A stretch of DNA of 64,000 nucleotides from an uncultured delta proteobacterium (GCA_963814585.1 CAWFDF010000012.1:1-64000), one strand, 5' to 3'. Positions 17,910 to 27,176 are shown, counted from the first letter of the stretch. Numbers and translations are program-made. Notes: generated by a model from the letters alone, not told the origin.

Positions 17910-18554
17910 TCACTTCACCTTTGCGAAGAGGGAGAGGTCGACGGTGCCCTTCTCGGCCACCACCTTCGCGAGCTTCTGGACCTTGGCGAGCCAGCCATCG
18001 GTGTAGGCCGGGCCAATCCGGTAGGCGTCGCGGTCGAAGCTGGCGATGGTGGCGCGGATGCGGATGGTCTTCTTGTCGCCGTAGGCGCCCGGCGGGAAGA
18101 GCAGCGCCGTGCCGGAGAGCTTCTCCTTGCCGCCATCGGCGCGGGCTCGGCCGCAGACCGTGAAGGGGACCTCGGCGGTGAAGGCGGCCGGCTTCTCTGC
18201 CGCCAGGGGGCCGAGCTTCACCCCGCTGAAGACCGCCTCGATCCTGCAGTCCTTTGCCTCCGACTTCTTGTTGGTGGCCCAGTCGTGGAAGTGCTCGCTC
18301 TTGGTGTCGTCGGAGTCGACCTTGATCGAGGTGAGCGGCACCGAGCAGCGCCCCGAGGCGAGGCCAGTCTTCTCGTCGAAGGTGACCTCGCAGCCAACGG
18401 TGGAGCTGACCGCGTTGATCCGCTCACCGAGCGCGGCGTCGAAAACGGCCGAGAAGCCGCTGTTGCCGGCCTGCGGGTTGACGGCGAAGTCCTCGGCCAG
18501 GGCGAAGGCCGGGGTCGAAAGCAGGAGGGCAGTCAGGGTAGCGGCGCGATTCAT
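17910..18554 (-). CDS. Exported YceI-like protein
   Basis: Signal peptide (AFA-LA); GRCSVPLTSIKVD..KSEHFH..ASFDRDAYRIG resembles the YceI barrel pattern. Confidence 0.65.
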   Translation of the reverse strand: MNRAATLTALLLSTPAFALAEDFAVNPQAGNSGFSAVFDAALGERINAVSSTVGCEVTFDEKTGLASGRCSVPLTSIKVDSDDTKSEHFHDWATNKKSEAKDCRIEAVFSGVKLGPLAAEKPAAFTAEVPFTVCGRARADGGKEKLSGTALLFPPGAYGDKKTIRIRATIASFDRDAYRIGPAYTDGWLAKVQKLAKVVAEKGTVDLSLFAKVK

Positions 18555-18603
18555 GTGGGCGGCTCCTCGATGGGTGGTGGCCTCGTCGGCCTCGAGGGGA
18601 ATT

Positions 18604-18629
18604 GACTCCGGTCAATCTGTCTCATTACA
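18604..18629 (-). promoter_or_regulatory. ECF-type promoter for the YceI-bufferin operon
   Basis: TGTAAT-N15-GAGTC. Confidence 0.72.
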
Positions 18630-18684
18630 GCGGGATTTGCCCGACCCATCCGGGACGCCCCCGTCGGGACGGACCGCTCGGATT

Positions 18685-18711
18685 CGTAACGCCAGGGGTG
18701 ACCAAGGCGTC
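18685..18711 (+). promoter_or_regulatory. ECF-type promoter for thioredoxin (16-nt spacer variant)
   Basis: CGTAAC-N16-GCGTC. Confidence 0.55.
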
Positions 18712-18762
18712 CATCTCCCAGGCGCGGATCTCCCGCGCCACGAAAGGCAAGGGGCACGAGTC

Positions 18763-19101
18763 ATGGGCAAGGCAGGCGGCGCGAAGACGATCGGTGTAGC
18801 GGAGTTCGAGCAGCAGGTGCTGCTCGCGACCGAGCCCGTGGTGGTGGACTTCTTCGCCACCTGGTGCGGCCCCTGCCGTGCGCTGGCCCCCACCCTCGAC
18901 GAGCTGGCCGGCGATCTCGCTGGCCGGGCCCACGTCCTGAAGCTCGACGTCGACCAGGCGCCCGAGCTGGCCAGCCGGTACGGCATCTCTTCCATCCCAT
19001 GCCTGGTGGTCTTCAAGGGCGGCCGCGAGGTGGGACGCCTGCTGGGCGCGGTCCCCAAGCGGCGCATCGCCAGCGTGGTGGACCAGGCCCTGGCCGCCTG
19101 A
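18763..19101 (+). CDS. trxA: Thioredoxin
   Basis: VVVDFFATWCGPC..YGISSIPCL. Confidence 0.9.
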   Translation: MGKAGGAKTIGVAEFEQQVLLATEPVVVDFFATWCGPCRALAPTLDELAGDLAGRAHVLKLDVDQAPELASRYGISSIPCLVVFKGGREVGRLLGAVPKRRIASVVDQALAA

Positions 19102-19124
19102 CGCGGACTGGGCCGGTGGCCCCA

Positions 19125-19661
19125 TCAGCCGAGCAGGCAGGCCTGCAGCGCCTTCCTGGCCCGGTGAAGCAAAACCGCCACCCGCCCCGGCTGGAGCTCG
19201 AGGGCCCTGGCGGCCTCTGGCCCGGAAGCCTCGTCCAGCATGCGCAGCGTCACGACGCGCCGCTGCAACTCGGCGAGCCGGTCGACGCAGCCGAGGAACC
19301 GGACGTGCTCCTCCGCCCGCTCGATCAGCGCCTCGACGGAAGGCTCGTCGGCCGGAAGTTCGGCGACCTCTTCGAACGCCGCACGGGGCACGGAGCGATG
19401 GTGTCGCCGGCGCAGGTTGCGCGCAGCGTTACGGACCACCACCTCGAGCAGCTTCCGGGCCTCACCGTCCTCCGCCACCAGCGTGCGAGCTTGCGGCAGC
19501 AGGAGGAAGGTGTGGAAGGCCTCCTGGACCGCGTCGAGCGCGTCGTCCGGCTGGAGCCCCTCGGCCCGGGCCGTCCGCGCCAGTGACGTGGAGTGCCCCC
19601 GGGCGAGGTCGGAGACCCACCCCAGGAAGTCGGTCGTCTTGATGCCGGCGTCGGTGTTCAT
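19125..19661 (-). CDS. ECF RNA polymerase sigma factor (no adjacent anti-sigma)
   Basis: DALDAVQEAF (region 2), VVRNAARN, and region 4 RVAVLLHRARKAL. Confidence 0.85.
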   Translation of the reverse strand: MNTDAGIKTTDFLGWVSDLARGHSTSLARTARAEGLQPDDALDAVQEAFHTFLLLPQARTLVAEDGEARKLLEVVVRNAARNLRRRHHRSVPRAAFEEVAELPADEPSVEALIERAEEHVRFLGCVDRLAELQRRVVTLRMLDEASGPEAARALELQPGRVAVLLHRARKALQACLLG

Positions 19662-19675
19662 GGCCCGGGCTCATG

Positions 19676-19701
19676 GACTCCCGAGCGGCCGCGACGTTAC
19701 A
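19676..19701 (-). promoter_or_regulatory. ECF-type promoter of the sigma gene (possible autoregulation)
   Basis: TGTAAC-N15-GAGTC, 14 nt before the ATG. Confidence 0.72.
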
Positions 19702-19725
19702 GGGGGCCCCACGCGTGACGCCGGC

Positions 19726-19751
19726 TGTAATGCCAGCACCTGCCGCGAGTC
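19726..19751 (+). promoter_or_regulatory. ECF-type promoter for the CMD-arsS operon
   Basis: TGTAAT-N15-GAGTC. Confidence 0.72.
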
Positions 19752-19793
19752 CAACCTTCGCCAACCCAGCGTCATCCACATCCGGAGAGCCGC

Positions 19794-20132
19794 GTGCACG
19801 ACGACAGCTACTACCACTCCAAGGACCTCGGCCGCTTCGCCGAGATGGGCAAGAACCGTCCCGACCTGGCCCGGAAGTTCTTCGACTACTACGGTGCCGT
19901 CTTCGCCGAGGGCGCGCTCTCCGAGCGTGAGAAGGCGCTCATCGCGCTCGGCGTGGCCCATGCGGTCCAGTGCCCCTACTGCATCGACGCCTACACGCAG
20001 GGCGCGCTCGAGAAGGGGGCCGACCTCGACCAGCTGACCGAGGCGGTCCACGTGGCCGCGGCCATCCGCGGTGGGGCGTCCCTGGTCCACGGCGTCCAGA
20101 TGCGGAACCACGCCGAGAAGCTCGGGGTCTGA
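19794..20132 (+). CDS. Arsenosugar-cluster-associated CMD/AhpD peroxidase-like protein (TIGR04169-like)
   Basis: YY..DLGRF..KFFDYYGAVFAEGALSEREKALIAL..QCPYCIDAY..GGASLVHGVQM. Confidence 0.88.
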   Translation: MHDDSYYHSKDLGRFAEMGKNRPDLARKFFDYYGAVFAEGALSEREKALIALGVAHAVQCPYCIDAYTQGALEKGADLDQLTEAVHVAAAIRGGASLVHGVQMRNHAEKLGV

Positions 20133-20133
20133 C

Positions 20134-21231
20134 GTGTCCCTGCCCACCCTGAACGCCCGCGGTGCCCCCATCGCCGACCCGCTGGTCCAGATCCGGCGGC
20201 TCCGGGAGGTCCCTCTGGATCTCGAGTTCGAGGAGGCCCTGGCCGAGAGCGGCCTCTCCCCGCTGCGCCCGACCCGCATCGACATCTTCCAGGTCAACGT
20301 GGGGCGGCTCTGCAACATGTCGTGCCGCCACTGCCACGTCGATGCCGGCCCGGACCGGACCGAGGCCATGTCGCGCGAGACCTTCGAGGCCTGCCTGTCG
20401 GCGCTTCGGAGGAGCGACATCCCCACGGTGGACATCACCGGCGGCGCCCCGGAGCTCAACCCGCACTTCCGCTGGTTCGTCGAGGAGGTCCGGGCACTGG
20501 GCCGCCACGTCATCGACCGCTGCAACCTGACCATCCTGGAGGTGCCCTCCCAGCGCGACCTCGCCGGCTTCCTGGCGAAGCACCAGGTCGAGGTCGTGGC
20601 CTCACTGCCGCACTACCGCCAGCCGCTCACCGACACGCAGCGCGGCGAGGGGGTCTTCGAGCGCTCCATCTCGGCCCTGAGACGCCTCAACACCCTCGGC
20701 TACGGAGACGGCCAGAGCGGCCTCACGCTCAACCTGGTGACCAACCCGGTCGGAGCCTTCCTGCCGGCGTCGCAGGCCTCGCTCGAGAAGGAGTGGAAGC
20801 GGGAGCTGCTGCGGCTCCACGGCGTCCGCTTCGACGAGCTCTTCACCATCACCAACGTCCCCATCTCCCGCTACCTCGACTGGCTGGTGGAGACCGGGAA
20901 CCTCGAGACCTACATGGAGCGGCTCGCCGCGGCGTTCAACCCGGCGGCCGCGCGCGGCGTCATGTGCCGCAGCACCATCTCGGTGGCCTGGGACGGACGC
21001 CTGCACGACTGCGACTTCAACCAGATGCTCGACATGGGCCTGGAGGGGTCTGCGCCGGCCCACGTGAAGGACTTCGATCTCGGCGCGCTCACCCAACGCC
21101 GCATCCTCACCGGCCGCCACTGCTTCGGCTGCACCGCCGGGGCTGGCTCCTCGTGCGGAGGCGCCACCGTCGGTGGGCGCTCCGCCGTCACCACGCCCCA
21201 CACCTCGCCCATCCCCGAGACCACCACATGA
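20134..21231 (+). CDS. arsS: Radical SAM/Cys-rich protein ArsS (arsenosugar biosynthesis, TIGR04167-like)
   Basis: QVNVGRLCNMSCRHCHVDAGP (CxxxCxxC), DITGGAPE, DRCNLT, MCR..DCDFNQML, HCFGCTAGAGSSCGG. Confidence 0.92.
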   Translation: MSLPTLNARGAPIADPLVQIRRLREVPLDLEFEEALAESGLSPLRPTRIDIFQVNVGRLCNMSCRHCHVDAGPDRTEAMSRETFEACLSALRRSDIPTVDITGGAPELNPHFRWFVEEVRALGRHVIDRCNLTILEVPSQRDLAGFLAKHQVEVVASLPHYRQPLTDTQRGEGVFERSISALRRLNTLGYGDGQSGLTLNLVTNPVGAFLPASQASLEKEWKRELLRLHGVRFDELFTITNVPISRYLDWLVETGNLETYMERLAAAFNPAAARGVMCRSTISVAWDGRLHDCDFNQMLDMGLEGSAPAHVKDFDLGALTQRRILTGRHCFGCTAGAGSSCGGATVGGRSAVTTPHTSPIPETTT

Positions 21232-22757
21232 CCGCCGCTGCCGCCCACGCCCCGACCCTCATCGAGTCCGACCCGCACGACCAGGCGCTGCTGGCGCACG
21301 TCCACCCATCCGCATGGAAGAACCCGGTGCCGGCAAGCCGCTACGACCTGGTGGTCGTCGGCGCCGGTACCGCCGGCCTGGTCTCCGCGCTCGGGGCGGC
21401 CGGCCTGGGCGCCCGGGTGGCGCTGGTGGAGCGCGCGTTGCTGGGCGGCGACTGCCTCAACCACGGCTGCGTCCCGTCGAAGGGCGTGATCCGCGCGTCG
21501 CGGGCCGTGTATGACGCCCGCGAGGGTGCCACCTTTGGCGTCGAGCCGGCCGCACCGCCGCGGATCGACTTCGGCGTGGCCATGGCCCGCATGCGGCGGC
21601 TCCGGGCCGGCATCGCCCACAACGACTCGGCGGCGCGCGCCACCTCGCTCGGCGTGGATGTCTTCCTGGGCAACGGCCGGTTCGTCGGTCCCGACGCGCT
21701 GGAAGTGGAAGGCGTCACGCTGCGCTTCAAGCGGGCCGTCATCGCCTCGGGCGCCCGCGCCTCGGCGCCCCCCATCCCGGGACTGGCCGAGGCCGGCTAC
21801 CGCACCAACGAGACCATCTTCACCCTCACCGAGCTGCCGCGGCGGCTCGGAGTGGTGGGCGCCGGCCCCATCGGCTGCGAGCTGGCCCAGGCCTTCCGTC
21901 GCTTCGGGTCCGAGGTGACCATCGTCGCCAGCGACCCGCGCGTTCTCCCGCGCGAGGACCCCGACGCCTCGGCCGTGCTGCAGCGCCAGCTCGAGCGCGA
22001 AGGGGTCCGGCTTGTGCTGGGTGGAAAGCTCACCCGCGTCGACCGCCGTGGCGACGAGCGGATCCTGCTGGTCGAGAAGGAAGGGGCCACGGTCCCGGTC
22101 GTCTGTGACGAGCTGCTCGTCGCCATCGGGCGCGCCCCCAACGTCGAGGGGCTCGGGCTGGAGGCGGCCAGCGTGGTCGTCGACCGCACGGGCGTGGTGG
22201 TGGACGACCGGCTCCGGACCGCCAACCCGCGCATCTACGCGGCTGGTGACGTCTGCTCGGCCTACAAGTTCACCCACGCTGCCGACGCCATGGCGCGCAT
22301 CGTGCTCCGCAACGCCTTCTTCTTCGGGCGGGGCAAGGCGAGCGGCCTGGTCATCCCCTGGGCGACCTACACCGATCCCGAGATCGCCCACGTCGGCCTG
22401 ACGGCCGCCGAGGCGGCGGCGGCTGGCGAACGGGTCCGCACGCTGACCATCCCCTTCGCCGAGGTCGACCGGGCCATCCTCGACGGCGAGCCAGAGGGCT
22501 TCGCGCGCATCCACGTCGACGCCAAGACCGGACGCCTGCTCGGGGCCACCGCCGTGGCCCGCCACGCCGGTGAGATGATCGGCGAGCCGACGCTCGCCAT
22601 CGGCCAGGGGCTCTCGGCGGCCCACCTCTCCACCACCATCCACCCCTACCCCACGCAGGCCGAGGTCTGGCGGAAGCTGGGGGACGCCTGGCAGCGGACC
22701 AGGCTCACGCCACGCGCCAGGCGGGTCCTCTCCACGCTCATCTCCTGGAGGAGGTAG
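21228..22757 (+). CDS. Flavin disulfide oxidoreductase (MerA/Lpd-like, without MerA terminal Cys pairs)
   Basis: GAGTAG, GGDCLNHGCVPSK, GAGPIGCE, AAGD, HPYPT. Confidence 0.88.
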   Translation: MTAAAAHAPTLIESDPHDQALLAHVHPSAWKNPVPASRYDLVVVGAGTAGLVSALGAAGLGARVALVERALLGGDCLNHGCVPSKGVIRASRAVYDAREGATFGVEPAAPPRIDFGVAMARMRRLRAGIAHNDSAARATSLGVDVFLGNGRFVGPDALEVEGVTLRFKRAVIASGARASAPPIPGLAEAGYRTNETIFTLTELPRRLGVVGAGPIGCELAQAFRRFGSEVTIVASDPRVLPREDPDASAVLQRQLEREGVRLVLGGKLTRVDRRGDERILLVEKEGATVPVVCDELLVAIGRAPNVEGLGLEAASVVVDRTGVVVDDRLRTANPRIYAAGDVCSAYKFTHAADAMARIVLRNAFFFGRGKASGLVIPWATYTDPEIAHVGLTAAEAAAAGERVRTLTIPFAEVDRAILDGEPEGFARIHVDAKTGRLLGATAVARHAGEMIGEPTLAIGQGLSAAHLSTTIHPYPTQAEVWRKLGDAWQRTRLTPRARRVLSTLISWRR

Positions 22758-22763
22758 CGGAGC

Positions 22764-23429
22764 GTGGCCAAGGACGTGCTCTGCATCCTGGTGAAGTCGC
22801 CCCGCCTCGGCGAGGTGAAGACCCGGCTCATGCCGGCCGTCGGGCCTGAAGGCTCGGCCGCCTTGGCGCTCGCCTTCCTCGACGACACGCTGGCGATGGC
22901 CCGTGGTCGCGAGTGGGCGCGGGTGGTGGTTTCCGTGGCCGGCGACTCGTCGCTCCTGGTCCTGCCGGACGACGTCGAGGTCTGGTCCCAGGGGGCCGGC
23001 GACCTCGGTGAGCGCATGGAGCGGGCCCTGCTTCGAGCCCTGGTGAAGGCGCCCCGAGCGATCCTGATCGGGACCGACTCTCCCGGGCTGCCCCCGCGCC
23101 TCCTCGAAGGCGCCCGTACGGCGTTGGCCACTCACGACGCCGTGCTCGGGCCGGCCAGTGATGGCGGCTTCTACCTCATCGGGCTCGACCGCTGCGAGCC
23201 GGGTCTCCTCTGCGGCCTTCCCTGGAGCCGAAGCGACACGCTGGTGCACACCGAGGCCCGCCTGCGCCACGCCGGTCGGAGCGTGGCCCGACTCGAACCC
23301 TGGTTCGACGTCGACGAGCCAGCCGACCTCCTGCGCCTCGCAGCGCTCATGGAGGGCGGTGAGATCGTGGCTCCGGCGACGGCCCGGGCGCTTGCCTCGC
23401 TGGGACTCCTCGGCGGAGTGCCCGCGTGA
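22764..23429 (+). CDS. TIGR04282-like (DUF2064, CofC-like) glycosyltransferase-fold protein
   Basis: KSPRLGEVKTRL, QGAGDLGERM, IGTDSP, GPASDGGFYLIG, DVD. Confidence 0.88.
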   Translation: MAKDVLCILVKSPRLGEVKTRLMPAVGPEGSAALALAFLDDTLAMARGREWARVVVSVAGDSSLLVLPDDVEVWSQGAGDLGERMERALLRALVKAPRAILIGTDSPGLPPRLLEGARTALATHDAVLGPASDGGFYLIGLDRCEPGLLCGLPWSRSDTLVHTEARLRHAGRSVARLEPWFDVDEPADLLRLAALMEGGEIVAPATARALASLGLLGGVPA

Positions 23430-24112
23430 GCCTGACGGTCATCCTCCCGACCCTGAACGAGGCCGCGCGGATCGGCGCGCGGCTCGACGAACTCGCGACC
23501 ATGCCCGGGATCGACGAGGTCATCGTGGTGGACGGGGGGAGCGTGGACGCCACGGTGCCGATCTCCTCGGCCCGCCCGGGGGTCCGGGTCCTCTCTGCTC
23601 CGGCCGGACGGGCCGCGCAGCAGAACGCCGGGGCGGCTGCCGCCAGCGGCGACGTCCTGCTCTTCCTGCACGCCGACGTGTCACTCCCGATCGGCGCGGC
23701 GCGCCACGTGAGCAGGGCCCTGGAGGACCGGACCGTGGTGGCCGGCGCCTTCCGGACCTGGACCGTGCCGGACGACCGACCGTCGCGGCTGGCCCCGCTC
23801 CTCCACCTCGCCGACCTGCGCTCCCGCTACAGCGGTCTCCCATACGGCGACCAGGCCATCTTCGTTCGCTCCGACGCCTTCCGTGCCGCCGGTGGCTTTC
23901 CGGACCAGCCGCTCATGGAGGATCTGGAGCTCTCGCGCCGGCTCCGTCGGTTGGGGCGGATCAAGACGGTGCCGGCCTCGGTGAGCGTCTCGGGGCGGCG
24001 ATTCCTGTCGCGGCCGATCTTCTACTTCCTTGCCGTCAACCTCTTCCCGGCCCTCTACGCACTCGGGGTCTCGCCAGCCACGCTGAAGCGGCTCTACGGC
24101 GATCCGCGCTGA
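23426..24112 (+). CDS. TIGR04283-like GT2 glycosyltransferase
   Basis: ILPTLNE, VVDGGS, GRAAQQNAGA, LFLHAD, YGDQAIF, LMEDLE, SGRRF. Confidence 0.9.
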   Translation: MSLTVILPTLNEAARIGARLDELATMPGIDEVIVVDGGSVDATVPISSARPGVRVLSAPAGRAAQQNAGAAAASGDVLLFLHADVSLPIGAARHVSRALEDRTVVAGAFRTWTVPDDRPSRLAPLLHLADLRSRYSGLPYGDQAIFVRSDAFRAAGGFPDQPLMEDLELSRRLRRLGRIKTVPASVSVSGRRFLSRPIFYFLAVNLFPALYALGVSPATLKRLYGDPR

Positions 24113-25245
24113 GGCTCGCCCGCCAGGGTGGCCTTGCGCCGCGCCGATCGGCGGCGGCGGTCGATGGTCTGCACGGCGCGTACAGCGTATTCCTGCGCCG
24201 TGTAGATCTGCTTCAGGGACGGTGCGTCACCCGGGCGCCGGCTCATGTCGCCCACCGCGAACAGACCTCGCACCGAGGTCTCGCTTCCGGCGTCGTCAAC
24301 GAGGACGTGCCGCTCCTCCTCCGGCCCGGTGTCGCGCGGGTCGAGCGCCGCGCCAAGCTGGCGGGCCAGGTCGTTGTAGACCCGGTGGAGCCCCATGGCG
24401 ACCATGCCGAAGCGGACCTCCACGCTGGTCCCGTCCTCCAGCCGGAAGCCGCCCAGGCTGGCCCCCCTCGGCTTCTCACCGCCGTCGATCACCTCCACCA
24501 CGCGCGCCTCGTGGAAGGGGATCCGGTAGGCGGCCAGCAGGCGCCGGGTGTCCTCGCCAGCCGTGAGTGCGGCACCGTTACCGAGCAGCGCCACCTCCAC
24601 GCCGTACCGCTCGTGCAGCAGGAGCGCCACCTGGGCCGCTCCCTCACTGGCGCCGAAGACCGCAACCTGCGCGCCGCGCACCAGGTGCCCCTCGCAGAGG
24701 ATGCAGTAGAGCAGGGTCTCGTTGTTGGCCCAGGGGAAGATCCACTTCACGTCGTCCACCACCTTGCCGGCCCTGGTGGTGAGCTTCACCGCCGGCTGCC
24801 GGTCCATGATTCCCGTGGCGAGGGCCAGCGCGTTTCCCACCACCAGACGACCGGTGGCGGTCTCGACCTCGAAGCCCTCCCCGGCGCGGCGGGCCGCGAC
24901 GGCCTTCTCATCGATGAAGGTCACGTTGGCGGAGAAGCCCTGCCGGAGCCGCGCGACCACGTCGTCCACGATCTCCTGGGTCCCGATGTGGAAGTGGGTG
25001 GACTCGAGCGCGGCCCGGGCCGCCGCGTGCTCGGGGGCGGCGAGGAGAGCGATGGCCTTCTTGCGCACGATGGCGTCGTGGACGCCGATCATGTTGTCGA
25101 CGTTGTAGACGTAGCGGACCCGGCTGGCCCTGGCGGTGTCCTCGTCGCCACGGATCCAGGCTACCTGGAGACCGTGCTGCGCCGACCGGAGCGCCACGGC
25201 GCTCCCACCGATGCCACCACCCACCACGATCACGTCGAAAGCCAT
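24094..25245 (-). CDS. NAD(P)/FAD-dependent oxidoreductase (thioredoxin-reductase-like)
   Basis: VVGGGIGG, LATG, YCILCEGH (CxxC), ETSVRGLFAVGD. Confidence 0.85.
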   Translation of the reverse strand: MAFDVIVVGGGIGGSAVALRSAQHGLQVAWIRGDEDTARASRVRYVYNVDNMIGVHDAIVRKKAIALLAAPEHAAARAALESTHFHIGTQEIVDDVVARLRQGFSANVTFIDEKAVAARRAGEGFEVETATGRLVVGNALALATGIMDRQPAVKLTTRAGKVVDDVKWIFPWANNETLLYCILCEGHLVRGAQVAVFGASEGAAQVALLLHERYGVEVALLGNGAALTAGEDTRRLLAAYRIPFHEARVVEVIDGGEKPRGASLGGFRLEDGTSVEVRFGMVAMGLHRVYNDLARQLGAALDPRDTGPEEERHVLVDDAGSETSVRGLFAVGDMSRRPGDAPSLKQIYTAQEYAVRAVQTIDRRRRSARRKATLAGEPQRGSP

Positions 25246-25338
25246 GCGTCCTCCCGGTGGGCAGAGGGCCCATGACATCGACAACGGCCGCGGCCGCCCA
25301 TTTCAGGTCCGCCCCATCTGGGTCGCAGCTGGAGTCGC

Positions 25339-25364
25339 GGTAATCCCCGCGGGCTTCCGGAGTC
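25339..25364 (+). promoter_or_regulatory. ECF-type promoter for DUF547-sigma-anti-sigma
   Basis: GGTAAT-N15-GAGTC. Confidence 0.72.
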
Positions 25365-25373
25365 GAAGGGAGG

Positions 25374-26162
25374 ATGATCTCCACCACCCATCCCGTGCTG
25401 CTTCCCGCCCTGGCGCTCCTTCTGGCCGGGCCGTGGAACGTGCCGGCCGCCGAGGCATCCGCCACCTTCGACCGCTCGCATGCCGCCTACACGGCGCTGC
25501 TCCAGCGCCACGTGTCGAACGGCATGGTCGACTATGCCGCGCTGAAGCGGGATGCCGTCCTGGGCACCTACCTGGCCAGCCTCTCGGAGGTGTCGAGGGA
25601 GGAACTCGAGGCGTGGCCCGAGTCCGACCGGATCGCCTTCTGGATCGACGCCTACAACGCCTTCACGCTGCAGCTCATCCTCGAGCACTACCCGGTGAAG
25701 TCGATCCGCTCCATCGGCTTCCTTCCGGGGTCGGCCTTTCGGCAGGAGTTCATCCGCCTTCGCGCCGCAGGCAGCGCACCCATCTCCCTCGACTTCATCG
25801 AGCACGAGACGCTCCGTAAGCGCTTCCGCGAGCCGCGCGTCCACTTCGCTCTGGTCTGCGCCTCGGCGAGCTGTCCCTCACTCCGGGGCGAGGCCTACCG
25901 GGGGGCCGACCTCGACCGGCAGCTCGAGGAGGCCACCCGCGCCTTCCTGGCCGATCAGCGCAAGAACCGCTTCGACGCCGCCACCCGGACGCTGCACCTC
26001 TCGGCCATCTTCAAGTGGTTCGGGGAGGACTTCGAGCGAGCCGCCGGGAGCGTTCCGGCCTTTGTCTCCCAGCACGCGCTGGCCGAGTTCGGGGCCGTCC
26101 TCTCCTCGGGGCCCGTCGCAGTCGAGTATGAGCCGTACGACTGGTCGCTCAACGGCAGGTGA
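25374..26162 (+). CDS. Exported DUF547 protein
   Basis: VDYAAL, AFWIDAYNA, EPRVHFALVCASASCP, SAIFKWFGEDF, YDWSLN. Confidence 0.9.
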   Translation: MISTTHPVLLPALALLLAGPWNVPAAEASATFDRSHAAYTALLQRHVSNGMVDYAALKRDAVLGTYLASLSEVSREELEAWPESDRIAFWIDAYNAFTLQLILEHYPVKSIRSIGFLPGSAFRQEFIRLRAAGSAPISLDFIEHETLRKRFREPRVHFALVCASASCPSLRGEAYRGADLDRQLEEATRAFLADQRKNRFDAATRTLHLSAIFKWFGEDFERAAGSVPAFVSQHALAEFGAVLSSGPVAVEYEPYDWSLNGR

Positions 26163-26213
26163 GACGATTTCTCTGGCCCCACGTCAACCTCGCGGAGAAG
26201 ATGTCGCAACCCG

Positions 26214-26876
26214 ATGAGCTCGCCCGCTCCAGGCCGAGAGACCAGTCTCAGCGCCGAGGCCGCGGATGAGCAGGCGCTCGTCCAGCGGCTTCGCGCCGGA
26301 GATCGCGCCGCCTTCACCGCGGTGGTGGTCCAGCACGGCGGTGCGCTCCTCCGCCTCGCCTCGACCTTCGTGAAGGACCGCGCGCTCGCCGAGGAGGTCG
26401 TACAGGACGCCTGGCTCTCGGCGCTCGAACACCTCGACGCTTTCGAAGGGCGCGCCTCGCTCAGGACCTGGCTCTTCCACATCGTCGCCAACCGGGCCAG
26501 GACCCGCCTGAGCCGGGAAGGCCGGAGCGTGCCGTTCTCCTCCCTCGGCAGGCCCGAGGACTCCGACGAGCCGGCTGTCAGCCCCGACCGCTTCGACCAG
26601 GGCGGGATGTGGAAGGAGCCCCCCGGGCGGTGGTCGGAGGAGAACCCCGAGCGCCTGGCGCAGGGGGTCGAGACACGGGCTGCCATCGAGCGAGCCATCG
26701 CCGAGCTCCCCGAAGCCCAGCGCGCCGTCATCACCCTTCGGGATATCGAGGAGTTGGAGACGGAAGAAATCTGTAATCTTCTCGACATCACGGTGTCGAA
26801 TCAGAGGGTGCTGTTGCACAGGGCCCGATCCAGGGTCCGGCAAGCCCTCGAGAAGCTCATGGCCGGAGGGCGCTGA
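26214..26876 (+). CDS. ECF RNA polymerase sigma factor
   Basis: AEEVVQDAW, FEGRASLRTWL, ICNLLDITVSNQRVLLHRAR. Confidence 0.92.
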   Translation: MSSPAPGRETSLSAEAADEQALVQRLRAGDRAAFTAVVVQHGGALLRLASTFVKDRALAEEVVQDAWLSALEHLDAFEGRASLRTWLFHIVANRARTRLSREGRSVPFSSLGRPEDSDEPAVSPDRFDQGGMWKEPPGRWSEENPERLAQGVETRAAIERAIAELPEAQRAVITLRDIEELETEEICNLLDITVSNQRVLLHRARSRVRQALEKLMAGGR

Positions 26877-27112
26877 TGCTGACCTGCAAGCAGATCACCG
26901 AACTGGTGACGGCCTACGCCGAGGGGCAGCTTCGCTTCATGGATCGGATGCGCTTCCGCCTGCACATCGGGATGTGCGCGAACTGCAAGACCTACGTCCG
27001 TCAGCTCCAGGTCACGGCCAAGGCGCTGGGAAAGTTGCCTGAGCCGGAGATTCCGCCCGAGCTACAGGCGGAGCTGCTGCGCCGCTTCGAAGGCTGGAAG
27101 GCGCAGCGGTAG
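26876..27112 (+). CDS. zf-HC2 (ZAS) anti-sigma factor
   Basis: MLTCKQ...LHIGMCANC (HxxxCxxC); TGATG coupling to the sigma gene. Confidence 0.9.
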   Translation: MLTCKQITELVTAYAEGQLRFMDRMRFRLHIGMCANCKTYVRQLQVTAKALGKLPEPEIPPELQAELLRRFEGWKAQR

Positions 27113-27126
27113 GCTCAACCTCGATC

Positions 27127-27152
27127 GGTAACGTCCCTCTCACCTGTGAGTC
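27127..27152 (+). promoter_or_regulatory. ECF-type promoter for patatin-NrtS-like genes
   Basis: GGTAAC-N15-GAGTC. Confidence 0.72.
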
Positions 27153-27176
27153 AATCCAGGAAGAGGAGATCGAGCG

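Noticed and set aside
21228..22757. Mercuric reductase (merA) call
   Set aside because: No N-terminal metal-binding domain, no C-terminal Cys-Cys pair and no mer genes nearby; the HPYPT motif fits an Lpd-like reductase.
7610..24112. Canonical selenoneine (senABC) cluster
   Set aside because: No selenophosphate synthetase or SenB-type gene was recognised. The GTs match the arsS-associated families and EgtB has standard ergothioneine motifs.
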